From NCBI GenBank assembly GCA_016938835.1, contig JAFGTW010000008.1:1-51017 (forward strand): 51,017 nucleotides of DNA, written 5' to 3'. Shown here in pieces: positions 29,692-39,540 of the stretch. Origin of the DNA: Patescibacteria group bacterium (GTDB lineage Bacteria; Patescibacteriota; Patescibacteriia; Patescibacteriales; UBA12465). Each line of letters begins with the position of its first letter. Positions within the stretch are counted from its first letter, which is position 1. Below the pieces are notes generated by a model. That model was given only the letters and a program-made list of their open reading frames with translations. It was not told the DNA's origin and made no database searches. The position numbers and the translations under genes are program-made.

Positions 29692-32600
29692 ATGAGTGAT
29701 ATTGTTTCAATTGAAAATTTGATTGATCCAGAAGATAGCAAAGACGAGGATAGCATGCAAGGAAAATTTGCGGCTAAACAAAAGGAAATCAAATTAAAAG
29801 AAATAGAAAAAAGCTGTGAACAAAGGGCAAACGCTATTGGTCTGCCTTATGTTAATTTATTTGCCTTCCCTATTAGCCCAGAAGCATTGATGCTGATTCC
29901 AGAAGATTTATGTATTGAATTAGGCATGGTTTGTTTTTTCTATGATGGTAAAAATATTAGAATTGCCTGTGTGGAACCAACTCAAGAAATTGCTGATGAA
30001 ATTGAACGTTTAAATGAAAAATATTTTACTAACACCAAGCTTTATTTAATTTCACAAAATAGTTTTAACCAAGCAATTGACATCTATAAAACTATTCCTA
30101 AAGTAAAAAAGTATGAATCGGGCGTAGAAATTACCGCCGAGAATTTAGAAAAATTTAAACAAGATATTTCTAACTATAAATCACTCAACGATAAGATTAA
30201 TGAAGTAAATGTTAGTGATATTGTAACCCTCATATTAGCTACTGCGATAAAAGTTAATTCTAGTGATATTCACATTGAAGCTGAAGAAAATGGAGTAGCT
30301 GTTCGTTTTCGTATTGATGGCGTTCTTCAAGACGCAGCTACAATTGATAAAGATAAGTGGCGTAAAATAATTACGCGCATGAAGATTCTCGCCAAGGTGA
30401 AAATCAATATTTCCAACAAACCACAAGATGGTCGTTATACTATTCATTTAAGTGATGGCAAAATTGATGTTCGTTCTTCATTTTTACCCACTGCTTTTGG
30501 TGAAAGTGTAGTGATGCGTTTATTAGATTCTAAGACGGCATCACTTGAATTCACTAAACTAGGCATCCGGCCAGAAATATTGAAAAAATTAAACGAAGAA
30601 ATTAGCAAACCAAATGGTCTCATCTTAACAACTGGACCAACTGGATCAGGCAAAACAACCTCTCTGTATGCTATTTTAAATAAACTGAACCAACCAGGAA
30701 CAAAAATAGTTACACTCGAAGATCCAATTGAATATCAACTAAAAGGAATTAACCAAAGTCAAATTGATACTAAACATGGATATTCTTTTTCTGATGGCTT
30801 ACGCTCAATTTTAAGACAAGATCCAAATATTATTATGGTTGGAGAAATTAGAGATTTGGAAACAGCCGAGATATCAGTACAAGCATCTTTAACTGGCCAC
30901 TTAGTATTATCCACCCTTCACACCAATGATGCTGCTGGTGTTATCCCTCGTTTAATTGATATTGGTGTTAAGCCATATTTTTTGGTTCCCTCAATTAATG
31001 CCGTTATCGGACAACGATTAGTTAGAAAGCTTTGCCCGCATTGTCGTCAGGAACACGTTCTTAGCAAGGAGGAAGAAGAACAGGTACAAAAAATACTGGC
31101 TGTTATTTCACCAAAAGCAAATATTGATATTCCTACAAAATTACCACCTATTTATCAACCCTCTCCAAAGGGCTGTAAAGAGTGTAATTTTATTGGCTAT
31201 AAGGGGCGCTTGGGAATATACGAAATTTTTACCATGGATGATAATCTGAAACAATTAACTATTGATAAGGCTCCCGCTTTTAAAATTCTACAGCAGGCTA
31301 TTGAAAATGGCATGATCACTATGCTTCAAGATGGTGTCTTAAAATGTTTAGACGGCATTACTTCTTTAGAGGAAGTTTATCGTGTTGTTGGTAATTTTGA
31401 TTATGTTAACGAGCTTTATGATATTGTAATTTCACAAACACTTGGACGAGGAGTTAAAATAAATCAAGAAGAATTTGAGCGAGCCCAAGCTTTAACTAAA
31501 AATGTCGAAAAAACTATTAATTTAAGTGAGGTTCCTTCTAAAGAAATCATTAAATTAATTATGGCTATGGCGGCCGATAGCCAAGCTGGAGATATTCACA
31601 TTGAACCAAGTGAAAATAGCGTTAAAGTGCGTTTTCGTATTGATGGAGTTATGCATGATATTCTAGAGCTGCCTAAAACAACTTATCTCCCAATTCTTTC
31701 TGAAGTAAAAATTCTAGCCGGTTTTGCCACCAATGTTAAAAGAGCTACACTTGACGGACGATTTGCTATTTATTTACCAAAAAATAAAATTGATTGTCGT
31801 TTATCTATTATTGCGGGTGGTTTTGGCGAAACTATTGTTGTGCGTTTATTAGCAACTTCAGCTGCTAATCTAAATTTAGAAACTTTAGGCATTACTTCTG
31901 TCGCTAAAAAACATCTTGATTTAGCCATGACCAAAACTAAAGGTATTATTATTACTACCGGTCCAACTGGCTCTGGCAAGACTACAACTCTTTATGGTAT
32001 TTTAAATAAACTTAATAAACCAGATGTAAAAATTATTACTGTTGAAGATCCAATTGAGTATCAATTACCAGGAGTTATGCAAACTCAAATTGATACTGAG
32101 CATGGTTATACTTTTGCGGCTGCTATGCGTTCACTCCTCCGTCAAAACCCCAACATTATGATGATTGGTGAAATTAGAGATGAAGAAACTGCTAAAATTG
32201 CCATTGAAGCATCTATGACCGGACACTTAGTTCTTTCTACGATTCATGCCAATAGCGCCGCTGGAGCTATTTCTCGTTTTGTTGGATTAGGAGTAGAAAA
32301 ATCATCCCTAGCTAACTCAATTGAATTTTCCATCGGACAACGTTTAGCTCGCAGAATCTGTCCTCACTGCAAAGTTGAAGATCCTGCCACTCCAGAAAAA
32401 ATTCAACATGCTCAAATAATAATTGATAGCATCAAAAACAGTAATATTGTTATTCCAAAAAATCTAAAATTTTATCGTGGTGCCGGTTGTGAAGAATGTA
32501 AACACATTGGTTATAAAGGACGTGTCGGTTTATACGAAACCATTGCCGTTACTCCAACTATTCAAAAATTAATTCAAGGGAGTGATGCCACGGATCACGA

Positions 32601-32709
32601 CATTGAACAAGAAGCCATCAATGAAGGCACCGTAACTATTGCCCAAGACGGAATCATTAAAGCCTTAGCTGGAGAAACTAGCCTTGATGAAGTATTCCGT
32701 GTTATTTAA
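29692..32709 (+). CDS. GspE/PilB-family ATPase with two tandem ATPase modules
   Basis: Two copies each of DIHIE, RFRIDG, GPTGSGKTT, EDPIEY, LRQxP..GEIRD, GHLVLSTxH and Cys4 Zn motif. Confidence 0.93.
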   Translation: MSDIVSIENLIDPEDSKDEDSMQGKFAAKQKEIKLKEIEKSCEQRANAIGLPYVNLFAFPISPEALMLIPEDLCIELGMVCFFYDGKNIRIACVEPTQEIADEIERLNEKYFTNTKLYLISQNSFNQAIDIYKTIPKVKKYESGVEITAENLEKFKQDISNYKSLNDKINEVNVSDIVTLILATAIKVNSSDIHIEAEENGVAVRFRIDGVLQDAATIDKDKWRKIITRMKILAKVKINISNKPQDGRYTIHLSDGKIDVRSSFLPTAFGESVVMRLLDSKTASLEFTKLGIRPEILKKLNEEISKPNGLILTTGPTGSGKTTSLYAILNKLNQPGTKIVTLEDPIEYQLKGINQSQIDTKHGYSFSDGLRSILRQDPNIIMVGEIRDLETAEISVQASLTGHLVLSTLHTNDAAGVIPRLIDIGVKPYFLVPSINAVIGQRLVRKLCPHCRQEHVLSKEEEEQVQKILAVISPKANIDIPTKLPPIYQPSPKGCKECNFIGYKGRLGIYEIFTMDDNLKQLTIDKAPAFKILQQAIENGMITMLQDGVLKCLDGITSLEEVYRVVGNFDYVNELYDIVISQTLGRGVKINQEEFERAQALTKNVEKTINLSEVPSKEIIKLIMAMAADSQAGDIHIEPSENSVKVRFRIDGVMHDILELPKTTYLPILSEVKILAGFATNVKRATLDGRFAIYLPKNKIDCRLSIIAGGFGETIVVRLLATSAANLNLETLGITSVAKKHLDLAMTKTKGIIITTGPTGSGKTTTLYGILNKLNKPDVKIITVEDPIEYQLPGVMQTQIDTEHGYTFAAAMRSLLRQNPNIMMIGEIRDEETAKIAIEASMTGHLVLSTIHANSAAGAISRFVGLGVEKSSLANSIEFSIGQRLARRICPHCKVEDPATPEKIQHAQIIIDSIKNSNIVIPKNLKFYRGAGCEECKHIGYKGRVGLYETIAVTPTIQKLIQGSDATDHDIEQEAINEGTVTIAQDGIIKALAGETSLDEVFRVI

Positions 32710-32728
32710 ATAATTATTAAAATATTAT

Positions 32729-33304
32729 ATGATCAATAAATCACTCGTTAGTAAACTAAAAGAAAATTACGGACAAAGAGAGAAAGAAAGAAGACAAATC
32801 ATTAGTCGCTCTAATGACGTTCTTTTTCAAGCTAAAAAAACTATTTTTGCTTTACAGCGAGAAGAACTAAAAGAAGGCGAAGAAAAAATAAAAGCCATGG
32901 AAGATTTATTAAAAAAAATGGAAAAAGATTTTGGTTTTATTCGCTTACGTGAAGAAGGGGCCTATCATGCCGCCGCTGAAGAGTATGTTGAAGCTAAAAC
33001 CTTTGCCGCTATTATCTCTGATAAAAACATTACTGAGATTAAAGGTATTAAATTAGGCTACGACAGCTATCTTGGCGGCTTCTGTGACTTAATTGGAGAA
33101 ATGGTTCGCTATGCTACTAATCGGGCTGCCAAAGGTAAATATGAAACCGTAGCCGAAATGAAAGAAAAAGGCGAAGCGATTATGAGCAATTTATTAGATT
33201 TTGATTTAACCGGTTATCTCCGTACTAAATACGATCAAGCTCGAGGACATTTGCGCAAACTTGAGCAAATGGCCTACGAAATTCGTTTACGTAAAGATAA
33301 ATAA
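32729..33304 (+). CDS. Translin/TRAX-family protein
   Basis: Helical 191 aa with EEYVEA, YLGGFCDLIGEMVR and LRTKYD, matching translin-family patterns recalled from memory. Confidence 0.85.
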   Translation: MINKSLVSKLKENYGQREKERRQIISRSNDVLFQAKKTIFALQREELKEGEEKIKAMEDLLKKMEKDFGFIRLREEGAYHAAAEEYVEAKTFAAIISDKNITEIKGIKLGYDSYLGGFCDLIGEMVRYATNRAAKGKYETVAEMKEKGEAIMSNLLDFDLTGYLRTKYDQARGHLRKLEQMAYEIRLRKDK

Positions 33305-33309
33305 AAACT

Positions 33310-33804
33310 ATGCTTATTGCCATCGCCTCTGATTTACATGACAATCTTACCAATTGGCAAATATTTAATAACTACTTAAACGAGCAGGGCATCAATACCC
33401 TGCTTTTCTGCGGCGATCTATGTAATAACGAGACCTTACAGCATATCCGACAGGAATTTCCTGGAAAAATATATTTTATCGCTGGTAATCAAGAATTATA
33501 TGATTTTCAGGAAGCAGAAAATTTAAAAAACGCTGAATTTTTAGGCCGCCACGGAGCCATAGAAATAAAAAACATTAAAATTGGCTTAATTCACGAACCA
33601 AATTTTAAAGAAAAACTATTAAGAGAAAGGGATAATCTTAATTTCATTTTTTATGGACACACTCATAAGCCTTGGATAGAAAATGAAGGCTCTTTAGTTG
33701 TTGCCAATCCCGGAACTTTGGGTGGAGTTTTTTATCGAGCTAGTTTTGCTCTTTTAAACACCAAAACAAAAAAACTTGAATTAAAAATTTTAGACCAGCT
33801 ATAG
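33310..33804 (+). CDS. YfcE/MJ0936-like metallophosphoesterase
   Basis: SDLH, CGD, GN, GHTHKP, NPG motifs. Confidence 0.88.
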   Translation: MLIAIASDLHDNLTNWQIFNNYLNEQGINTLLFCGDLCNNETLQHIRQEFPGKIYFIAGNQELYDFQEAENLKNAEFLGRHGAIEIKNIKIGLIHEPNFKEKLLRERDNLNFIFYGHTHKPWIENEGSLVVANPGTLGGVFYRASFALLNTKTKKLELKILDQL

Positions 33805-33808
33805 CCAA

Positions 33809-33843
33809 CAAAAAAAGATCTTCTTTTAGGGAAGGTCTTTTTT
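33809..33843. terminator. Bidirectional terminator
   Basis: AAAAAAGATCTTC/GAAGGTCTTTTTT between convergent genes. Confidence 0.7.
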
Positions 33844-33856
33844 AATATATTCAACA

Positions 33857-36325
33857 TTATTTATATAATTCTTGTAAATATTGGCCAGTAATACTTTGCT
33901 TACACTTAATAATGTCTAAAGGTGTTCCTTGCGCCACTACTTGCCCACCTTTAGCGCCACCATCCGGCCCCATATCAATTACCCAATCTACTGATTTAAT
34001 AACATCTAAGTTGTGCTCAATAATTAAAACCGTATTGCCCTGATCAACTAATAAATTTAAAACTTTAAGTAAGCGATCAATATCAGCGAAATGCAAGCCC
34101 GTTGTCGGTTCATCTAAGATATATAAAGTGCGTCCAGTCGCCCGGCGTGATAATTCAGTTGCTAATTTAATGCGCTGTGCTTCACCGCCAGAAAAAGTAG
34201 TGGCCGATTGACCAAGGTGAATGTAGCCAAGGCCAACCTCTTCTAAAGTGGAAAGTTTTTGATACAAGGCTGACTGATCTTTAAAAAATTCTAAAGCTTC
34301 ACTTACAGTTAAATTTAAAACATCAAAAATATTTTTATCCTTATATCTAATATCAAGAATTTTTTGCTGAAATCGCTGGCCATGACAAGCCTCACATTTT
34401 AAATAGACATCATTTAAAAATTGCATCTCTACTTTAATGGCACCATCACCAGAACAGCGCTCGCAACGACCACCGGAAACATTAAAAGAAAAGTGTCCGG
34501 GAGTTAAGCGCTTTAAACGTGATTCCGGTAAAGCTGCAAATAGATCTCTTATATAAGTATATAGTCCCGTGTAGGTGGCTGGATTGGAACGAGGAGTACG
34601 GCCAATCGGAGATTGATTAATATCAATCACTTTATCAATATTATCCAAACCTTTAATTTCTTTATGAGCACCTACCTCTGCCTTTGAACGATAAAATTTA
34701 CGAGTTAAGGCGTTAGCTAGGATATCAGACATTAAGGTTGATTTACCTGAACCAGAAACACCAGTAATTGCCACTAATTTAGCTAAAGGGATATCAACGT
34801 TAATATCTTTTAAATTATGCTCACTAGCCCCAAGCACAGAAATTACTTTACCGTTACCAGGTCGAAAATGCTTTTTATCAGGGATTGATTTTTCTCCTGA
34901 TAAATATGCTCCCGTAATTGATGTCCGGCATTTAGTAATTAATTCTGGTTTGCCAGCAAATAGAATATTGCCACCATGTTCCCCGGCACCAGGACCAACA
35001 TCAACCAAATAATCAGCAGCTTGCATCATTGCAATATCATGTTCAACTACAATCACCGTATTGCCATTATCACGTAAACTTTTAAGCATGGAAATAAGTT
35101 TATCATTATCGCGTTGATGTAAACCAACCGAAGGTTCATCTAAAACATAAAGAACACCACTTAAAGTTGAGCCAACTTGAGCCGCTAAGCGAATACGTTG
35201 AGCCTCTCCGCCAGACAAACTAGCTGCTGGTCTATTTAAAGTTAAGTAAGATAAACCAACTTTTTCTAAAAATTCTAAATTTTTTACCACTTCTTTTAAA
35301 ATAGGACGAATAATACCAGCGGCTGAACCCCAATTTTCTTTTTCTAACCAAGAAAACAAAAGTGCCCTCAAAGAATCAACTGTTTTCTCACCTAAATCAA
35401 AAATATTTAAACCTTTAATCTTTACCGCTAAATATTCTGGTTTTAAGCGAGCGCCAGCACAAGCAGGACAAATAGCTGGTCGCATGCATTTTTCTATTTC
35501 CTGTTTAACAAAATTTGATTTCGTTTCTTCATAGCGAGTTAACAACTCAGTGCTTAAGCCCGTCCATTTCTTGTCTCCGTTTAAAATAGCAGCTCTCTGA
35601 CCAGCTGTTAAAGTTTGCAAGGATTGCTCAAGGGTAAAACCATAGCGTTCACCTAATTGCTTTAGTTGTCCAAACAAAGAACTGTTTTGATTTAAATTAG
35701 CGTGAGATAAAGGTTTAATTGCTCCCTGTAATAAACTTAATTTAAGATTAAAAACTAGTTCTGGATCTATTTCTGTACGTGTGCCAAGTCCACTACAATA
35801 ACTACAGGCGCCGTAGTTTGAATTAAAGGAAAAATGACGAGGCTCCATTTCTGATAAAACATAACTACAATTTGCACAAGCATAAAGATAATGCGGATCA
35901 TCTTTCTTTTTCGTCTTACTGTTTCTTACTGCCTTTTTCAAACGAGTCTTACAATGAGGACAATATGGCCAAGCGACACGAGCATATAATAAACGCAAAT
36001 AATCATAAATTTCTGTCACTGTACCAACAGTAGAACGAGGATTATTTCCAACCGTTCTTTGATCAATGGCAATAGCTGGTGATAAGCCTTCAATTAAATC
36101 AAAATCAGGCTTATCCATTAAGCCTACAAATTGACGAGCATAAGCTGATAAAGATTCAACGTATCGACGCTGACCCTCAGCATAAATAGTATCGAAAGCC
36201 AAAGAAGATTTACCAGAACCGGATAAACCAGTAATAACAATCAGTTGATTACGTGGTAAATCAAGGCTAATATTTTTCAAATTATGAGTACGAGCACCGC
36301 TTATCTTAATCTTATTTTCAAGCAT
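33857..36325 (-). CDS. uvrA: Excinuclease ABC subunit A (short, 822 aa)
   Basis: [52 protein letters not shown]. Confidence 0.96.
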   Translation of the reverse strand: MLENKIKISGARTHNLKNISLDLPRNQLIVITGLSGSGKSSLAFDTIYAEGQRRYVESLSAYARQFVGLMDKPDFDLIEGLSPAIAIDQRTVGNNPRSTVGTVTEIYDYLRLLYARVAWPYCPHCKTRLKKAVRNSKTKKKDDPHYLYACANCSYVLSEMEPRHFSFNSNYGACSYCSGLGTRTEIDPELVFNLKLSLLQGAIKPLSHANLNQNSSLFGQLKQLGERYGFTLEQSLQTLTAGQRAAILNGDKKWTGLSTELLTRYEETKSNFVKQEIEKCMRPAICPACAGARLKPEYLAVKIKGLNIFDLGEKTVDSLRALLFSWLEKENWGSAAGIIRPILKEVVKNLEFLEKVGLSYLTLNRPAASLSGGEAQRIRLAAQVGSTLSGVLYVLDEPSVGLHQRDNDKLISMLKSLRDNGNTVIVVEHDIAMMQAADYLVDVGPGAGEHGGNILFAGKPELITKCRTSITGAYLSGEKSIPDKKHFRPGNGKVISVLGASEHNLKDINVDIPLAKLVAITGVSGSGKSTLMSDILANALTRKFYRSKAEVGAHKEIKGLDNIDKVIDINQSPIGRTPRSNPATYTGLYTYIRDLFAALPESRLKRLTPGHFSFNVSGGRCERCSGDGAIKVEMQFLNDVYLKCEACHGQRFQQKILDIRYKDKNIFDVLNLTVSEALEFFKDQSALYQKLSTLEEVGLGYIHLGQSATTFSGGEAQRIKLATELSRRATGRTLYILDEPTTGLHFADIDRLLKVLNLLVDQGNTVLIIEHNLDVIKSVDWVIDMGPDGGAKGGQVVAQGTPLDIIKCKQSITGQYLQELYK

Positions 36326-36427
36326 GAAGGCAAAAATTAATATTTTTTGAATAGAGTATATTATACAAGCTTTTTACCAAAAAAACAAGGCAGTAAAAAA
36401 CTGCCCTGATTATATACTTCTTAGTAT

Positions 36428-37465
36428 TTAGAAAAATGATAAAAATATTTTAAAAATAGACATCAATATACGTTGAACAAAACTTAAACGTCTAAAACTA
36501 AGCTCCGGCTTTCGTGCTTGAGCTTCCCATTTATTAATAATTTTTATAAGTGTAGCAATCGCCTGTTTTTGCTGAAAAAAAACACCAATTTCAGCATTAA
36601 AACCAAAAGATAAAACATCTAAATTTTGTGAACCAACTAAAGCCTCTCTTTCATCAATTAACATGACCTTGGCATGATTCATGTTTGGCGTAAAATAAAA
36701 TTCAACACCAACTAAAGCCAAGCGGCAAGCATTAAAATAATTAATTTTGTTTAAAACTTTAATATCAGTATCTTCAGGAATAATTATTTTTACCTTAACC
36801 CCTCTTCTAACCGCATCATCCAAAGCCTGCATTAAACGGCGCGGAGGTAATAAATATGGAGTAATAATTTTAATAGACGTTTTGGCTTCAATCAATTTTT
36901 TCAAATAATAATTATTCAAGCGATATTTTTTATCTCCTATCTCCCAAGTGTCTATTACCCATGACTTAATTTTTTTTACTAAAGGTAAACGGCTTTGTTT
37001 TAAAATATTATTATTTTTACCGCCACACTGTTGATATGTATAAGCAAAAGAGCGAAGCAATGGTTTAATAATCTTACCACCTAGCCGCAAATGCAAATCT
37101 TGCCAATTACGTATTTTATTTTCAATATTAACACCACCAATAAAAGCAATCTTACTATCAATAATTACCAATTTACGATGTGTGCGACGCAACCAACGAG
37201 AAAAGAATAATAACTCTACTCCGGCAGAACGTAAATCTTGGATAGATGAAGCTTTTAATTCACTGCTACCATAGGCATCAAGCACCATTACTACTTCCAG
37301 TCCTAATAAAGCCTTAGCTTTCAACTGCCCTAAAAAATCATGTGTTTGTTGAGTGTCTCCCAAAAAAATATACATTTCAATATATATTGATTTTTGAGCT
37401 TGATTAATGGCGGCCATGATTCCATCCCAAGCCTTATCTGAAGTTGTATAAAATTTATAGCGCAT
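36428..37465 (-). CDS. Phospholipase D family, cardiolipin synthase-like (no N-terminal TM)
   Basis: Two HKD motifs, HRKLVIID and HAKVMLID. Confidence 0.88.
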   Translation of the reverse strand: MRYKFYTTSDKAWDGIMAAINQAQKSIYIEMYIFLGDTQQTHDFLGQLKAKALLGLEVVMVLDAYGSSELKASSIQDLRSAGVELLFFSRWLRRTHRKLVIIDSKIAFIGGVNIENKIRNWQDLHLRLGGKIIKPLLRSFAYTYQQCGGKNNNILKQSRLPLVKKIKSWVIDTWEIGDKKYRLNNYYLKKLIEAKTSIKIITPYLLPPRRLMQALDDAVRRGVKVKIIIPEDTDIKVLNKINYFNACRLALVGVEFYFTPNMNHAKVMLIDEREALVGSQNLDVLSFGFNAEIGVFFQQKQAIATLIKIINKWEAQARKPELSFRRLSFVQRILMSIFKIFLSFF

Positions 37466-37708
37466 ATATTTATTATATCACGCCTAAGTAAATAGACTTA
37501 ACATAATATTAGCTATTTGTATTTTAGGTTTTTTAACCTGATTAAGCAATGATTGATAAATTTTACTTCACTATAAAAATAAATTAACAGATGAAGAATA
37601 AATTAATTTTAATCTTAGCTGAAGTAGTGGTTTAATCCTATTCAATTCCACAGCCTAAAAGCTGTCTAATTAAAAACAACTCCACAAAAATGAAGTTGTT
37701 TTTAATTA

Positions 37709-37925
37709 GTAGTCCCTAGGGGAGTTATCGCGCTCGCTTTTCTTCCGAAAAGCTCACTTGTCCAGAGTTGGCATCCAATATGCCCCCGGCATATTGTCCG
37801 ACATTTGTCTGCATCCTCACCGCTCAACATAGCGGCTCGGATTTGACTCATTTCCAACTTGTTCGACTCCCGCGCCTATGGCGCCATAAATAAAAGAGCA
37901 GTCATATGACTGCTCTTTTATTTAC
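37709..37925 (-). repeat. tRNA-Glu-associated structured element with 17-bp duplication of the tRNA 3' end
   Basis: GTAGTCCCTAGGGGAGT at 37709-37725 and 37926-37942; inverted T-arm GTTCGACTCCC at 37861-37871; multiple internal hairpins. Confidence 0.8.
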
Positions 37926-37926
37926 G

Positions 37927-37998
37927 TAGTCCCTAGGGGAGTCGAACCCCTCTTACCAGGATGAAAACCTGGTGTCCTAACCGATAGACGAAGGGACC
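37927..37998 (-). tRNA. tRNA-Glu(UUC)
   Basis: Acceptor GGTCCCT/AGGGACT, anticodon arm CCAGG-TTTTCAT-CCTGG; promoter TTGACA-17-TACAAT at 38042-38070. Confidence 0.94.
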
Positions 37999-38146
37999 AA
38001 GATAAAAAAATAGAACAAAAAAAGTTCTTATTTGCAAAAATATTGTATAGATATTTTTAAGCTTTGTCAAATTAATATTTATCTAATTTAACCTTAGTCT
38101 CACAATAATCTTGCCATTATTTAAAAAAACATTACAATTACTATAT

Positions 38147-39187
38147 ATGTATATATTAGGAATTGAAAGTAGTTGCGATGAAAGTGCCGCCTCTGTTTTA
38201 AAAGCCTCTGGGCAAAAAACGGAGATTTTAAGTAATGTCATTTCTTCACAAATTGATATCCATACTCAATATGGCGGAGTAATTCCAGAAATTGCCGCTC
38301 GCGAACACGTCTTAAATATATTACCAACGATTGAATCAGCTCTAAAAGAGGCAAAAATACAAGCCAAGGACTTAAAGGCAATTGCTGTCACACAAGGACC
38401 AGGGCTATTAAGTTCACTCATTGCTGGTGTTGAAACTGCTAAAGCTTTATCAATTATTTGGCAGAAACCTCTCATACCTACACATCACATTATTGGACAT
38501 ATTTATGCAAACTTTATTAGTACTGAAAAACAGCCTCAATTCCCTTTGCTAGCCTTAGTCGTATCTGGTGGACATAGCAACATCATTTACATGTCTGATC
38601 ACTATAAATTTAAAGTCATTGGTGAGACAAAAGATGATGCCGCTGGTGAAGCTTATGACAAAGCTGCTAAAATGATGGGGCTAAGTTATCCTGGTGGACC
38701 AATTATTGCTAAATATGCCGAAGAGTTTAGATTAAGTGGCAAAAATTGTAAAATTGAGCTACCAAGACCGATGTTAAATTCACCTGATTTTAATTTTTCC
38801 TTTTCTGGACTTAAAACCGCCCTATTATACAAATTACAAAAAGATAAAAAGTGGAAAGACAGAATTCCTGAATACTGTCTTGCCTTTGAAGAGGCGGTTA
38901 TTGACACTTTATCTCATAAAATCATCAAAGCATCTCACAAATACCCAGTAAAAAGTATACTTCTAGCTGGTGGCGTGGCCGCTAACCGTGCCTTAAGAAC
39001 AAAATTAAACACTGAAATTAGTGAAAAATTACCAAATACTAAACTATACTTACCAAATTTAAGCTATACCACTGATAATGCCGCCATGATTGCCTCAGCT
39101 GGATATTTCAATTATTACAAACATAAAAACAAGGCTTTTGCTAATTTCAAAAAATTGAGTGCCAGATGTGATCTAAAGATCTCTTAA
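38147..39187 (+). CDS. tsaD: tRNA t6A37 threonylcarbamoyltransferase TsaD
   Basis: ILGIESSCDE, YGGVIPE, HHIIGH, VSGGH, DDAAGEAYDK, GGVAAN, DNAAMIA; start moved to ATG 38147. Confidence 0.97.
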   Translation: MYILGIESSCDESAASVLKASGQKTEILSNVISSQIDIHTQYGGVIPEIAAREHVLNILPTIESALKEAKIQAKDLKAIAVTQGPGLLSSLIAGVETAKALSIIWQKPLIPTHHIIGHIYANFISTEKQPQFPLLALVVSGGHSNIIYMSDHYKFKVIGETKDDAAGEAYDKAAKMMGLSYPGGPIIAKYAEEFRLSGKNCKIELPRPMLNSPDFNFSFSGLKTALLYKLQKDKKWKDRIPEYCLAFEEAVIDTLSHKIIKASHKYPVKSILLAGGVAANRALRTKLNTEISEKLPNTKLYLPNLSYTTDNAAMIASAGYFNYYKHKNKAFANFKKLSARCDLKIS

Positions 39188-39232
39188 TATTTGCTTTTTT
39201 CCTATCAATCTATTAAAATATTGATACATTAT

Positions 39233-39306
39233 GGCTCGATGGTGAAGTGGTCTAACACTGCAGTTTGCAAAACTGCCATTCGTGGGTTCGACTCCCACTC
39301 GAGCCT
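39233..39306 (+). tRNA. tRNA-Cys(GCA)
   Basis: Acceptor GGCTCGA/TCGAGCC, U discriminator, anticodon arm GCAGT-TTGCAAA-ACTGC. Confidence 0.94.
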
Positions 39307-39368
39307 CAATTAAAAGACTTTGTTAATAAACAAGGTCTTTTTTTATTATTAAAATTAATACTAAGATA

Positions 39369-39534
39369 TGTGGATAACTTGTGTTTTCTGTGTATAAAAT
39401 ATAATTTTTAGTCCACAAATACCTAGACTTAAACTCTAATTATATAATTATTTTAGGCTAATATTAAATTAATTATTTAATATTGGCAATAAATTAACAG
39501 TAATCTTGCCTTATCCACAAATACATGCTATAAT
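39369..39534. promoter_or_regulatory. DnaA-box cluster and strong + strand promoter
   Basis: TGTGGATAA 39369-39377, TGTGTATAA 39389-39397, TTATCCACA 39511-39519; TTGCCT-17-TATAAT with TG at 39506-39534. Confidence 0.7.
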
Positions 39535-39540
39535 AGTAAT

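Noticed and set aside
37709-37942. Prophage or genomic island between attL and attR
   Set aside because: Only ~200 bp between the repeats and no integrase in the window; kept as a miniature element instead
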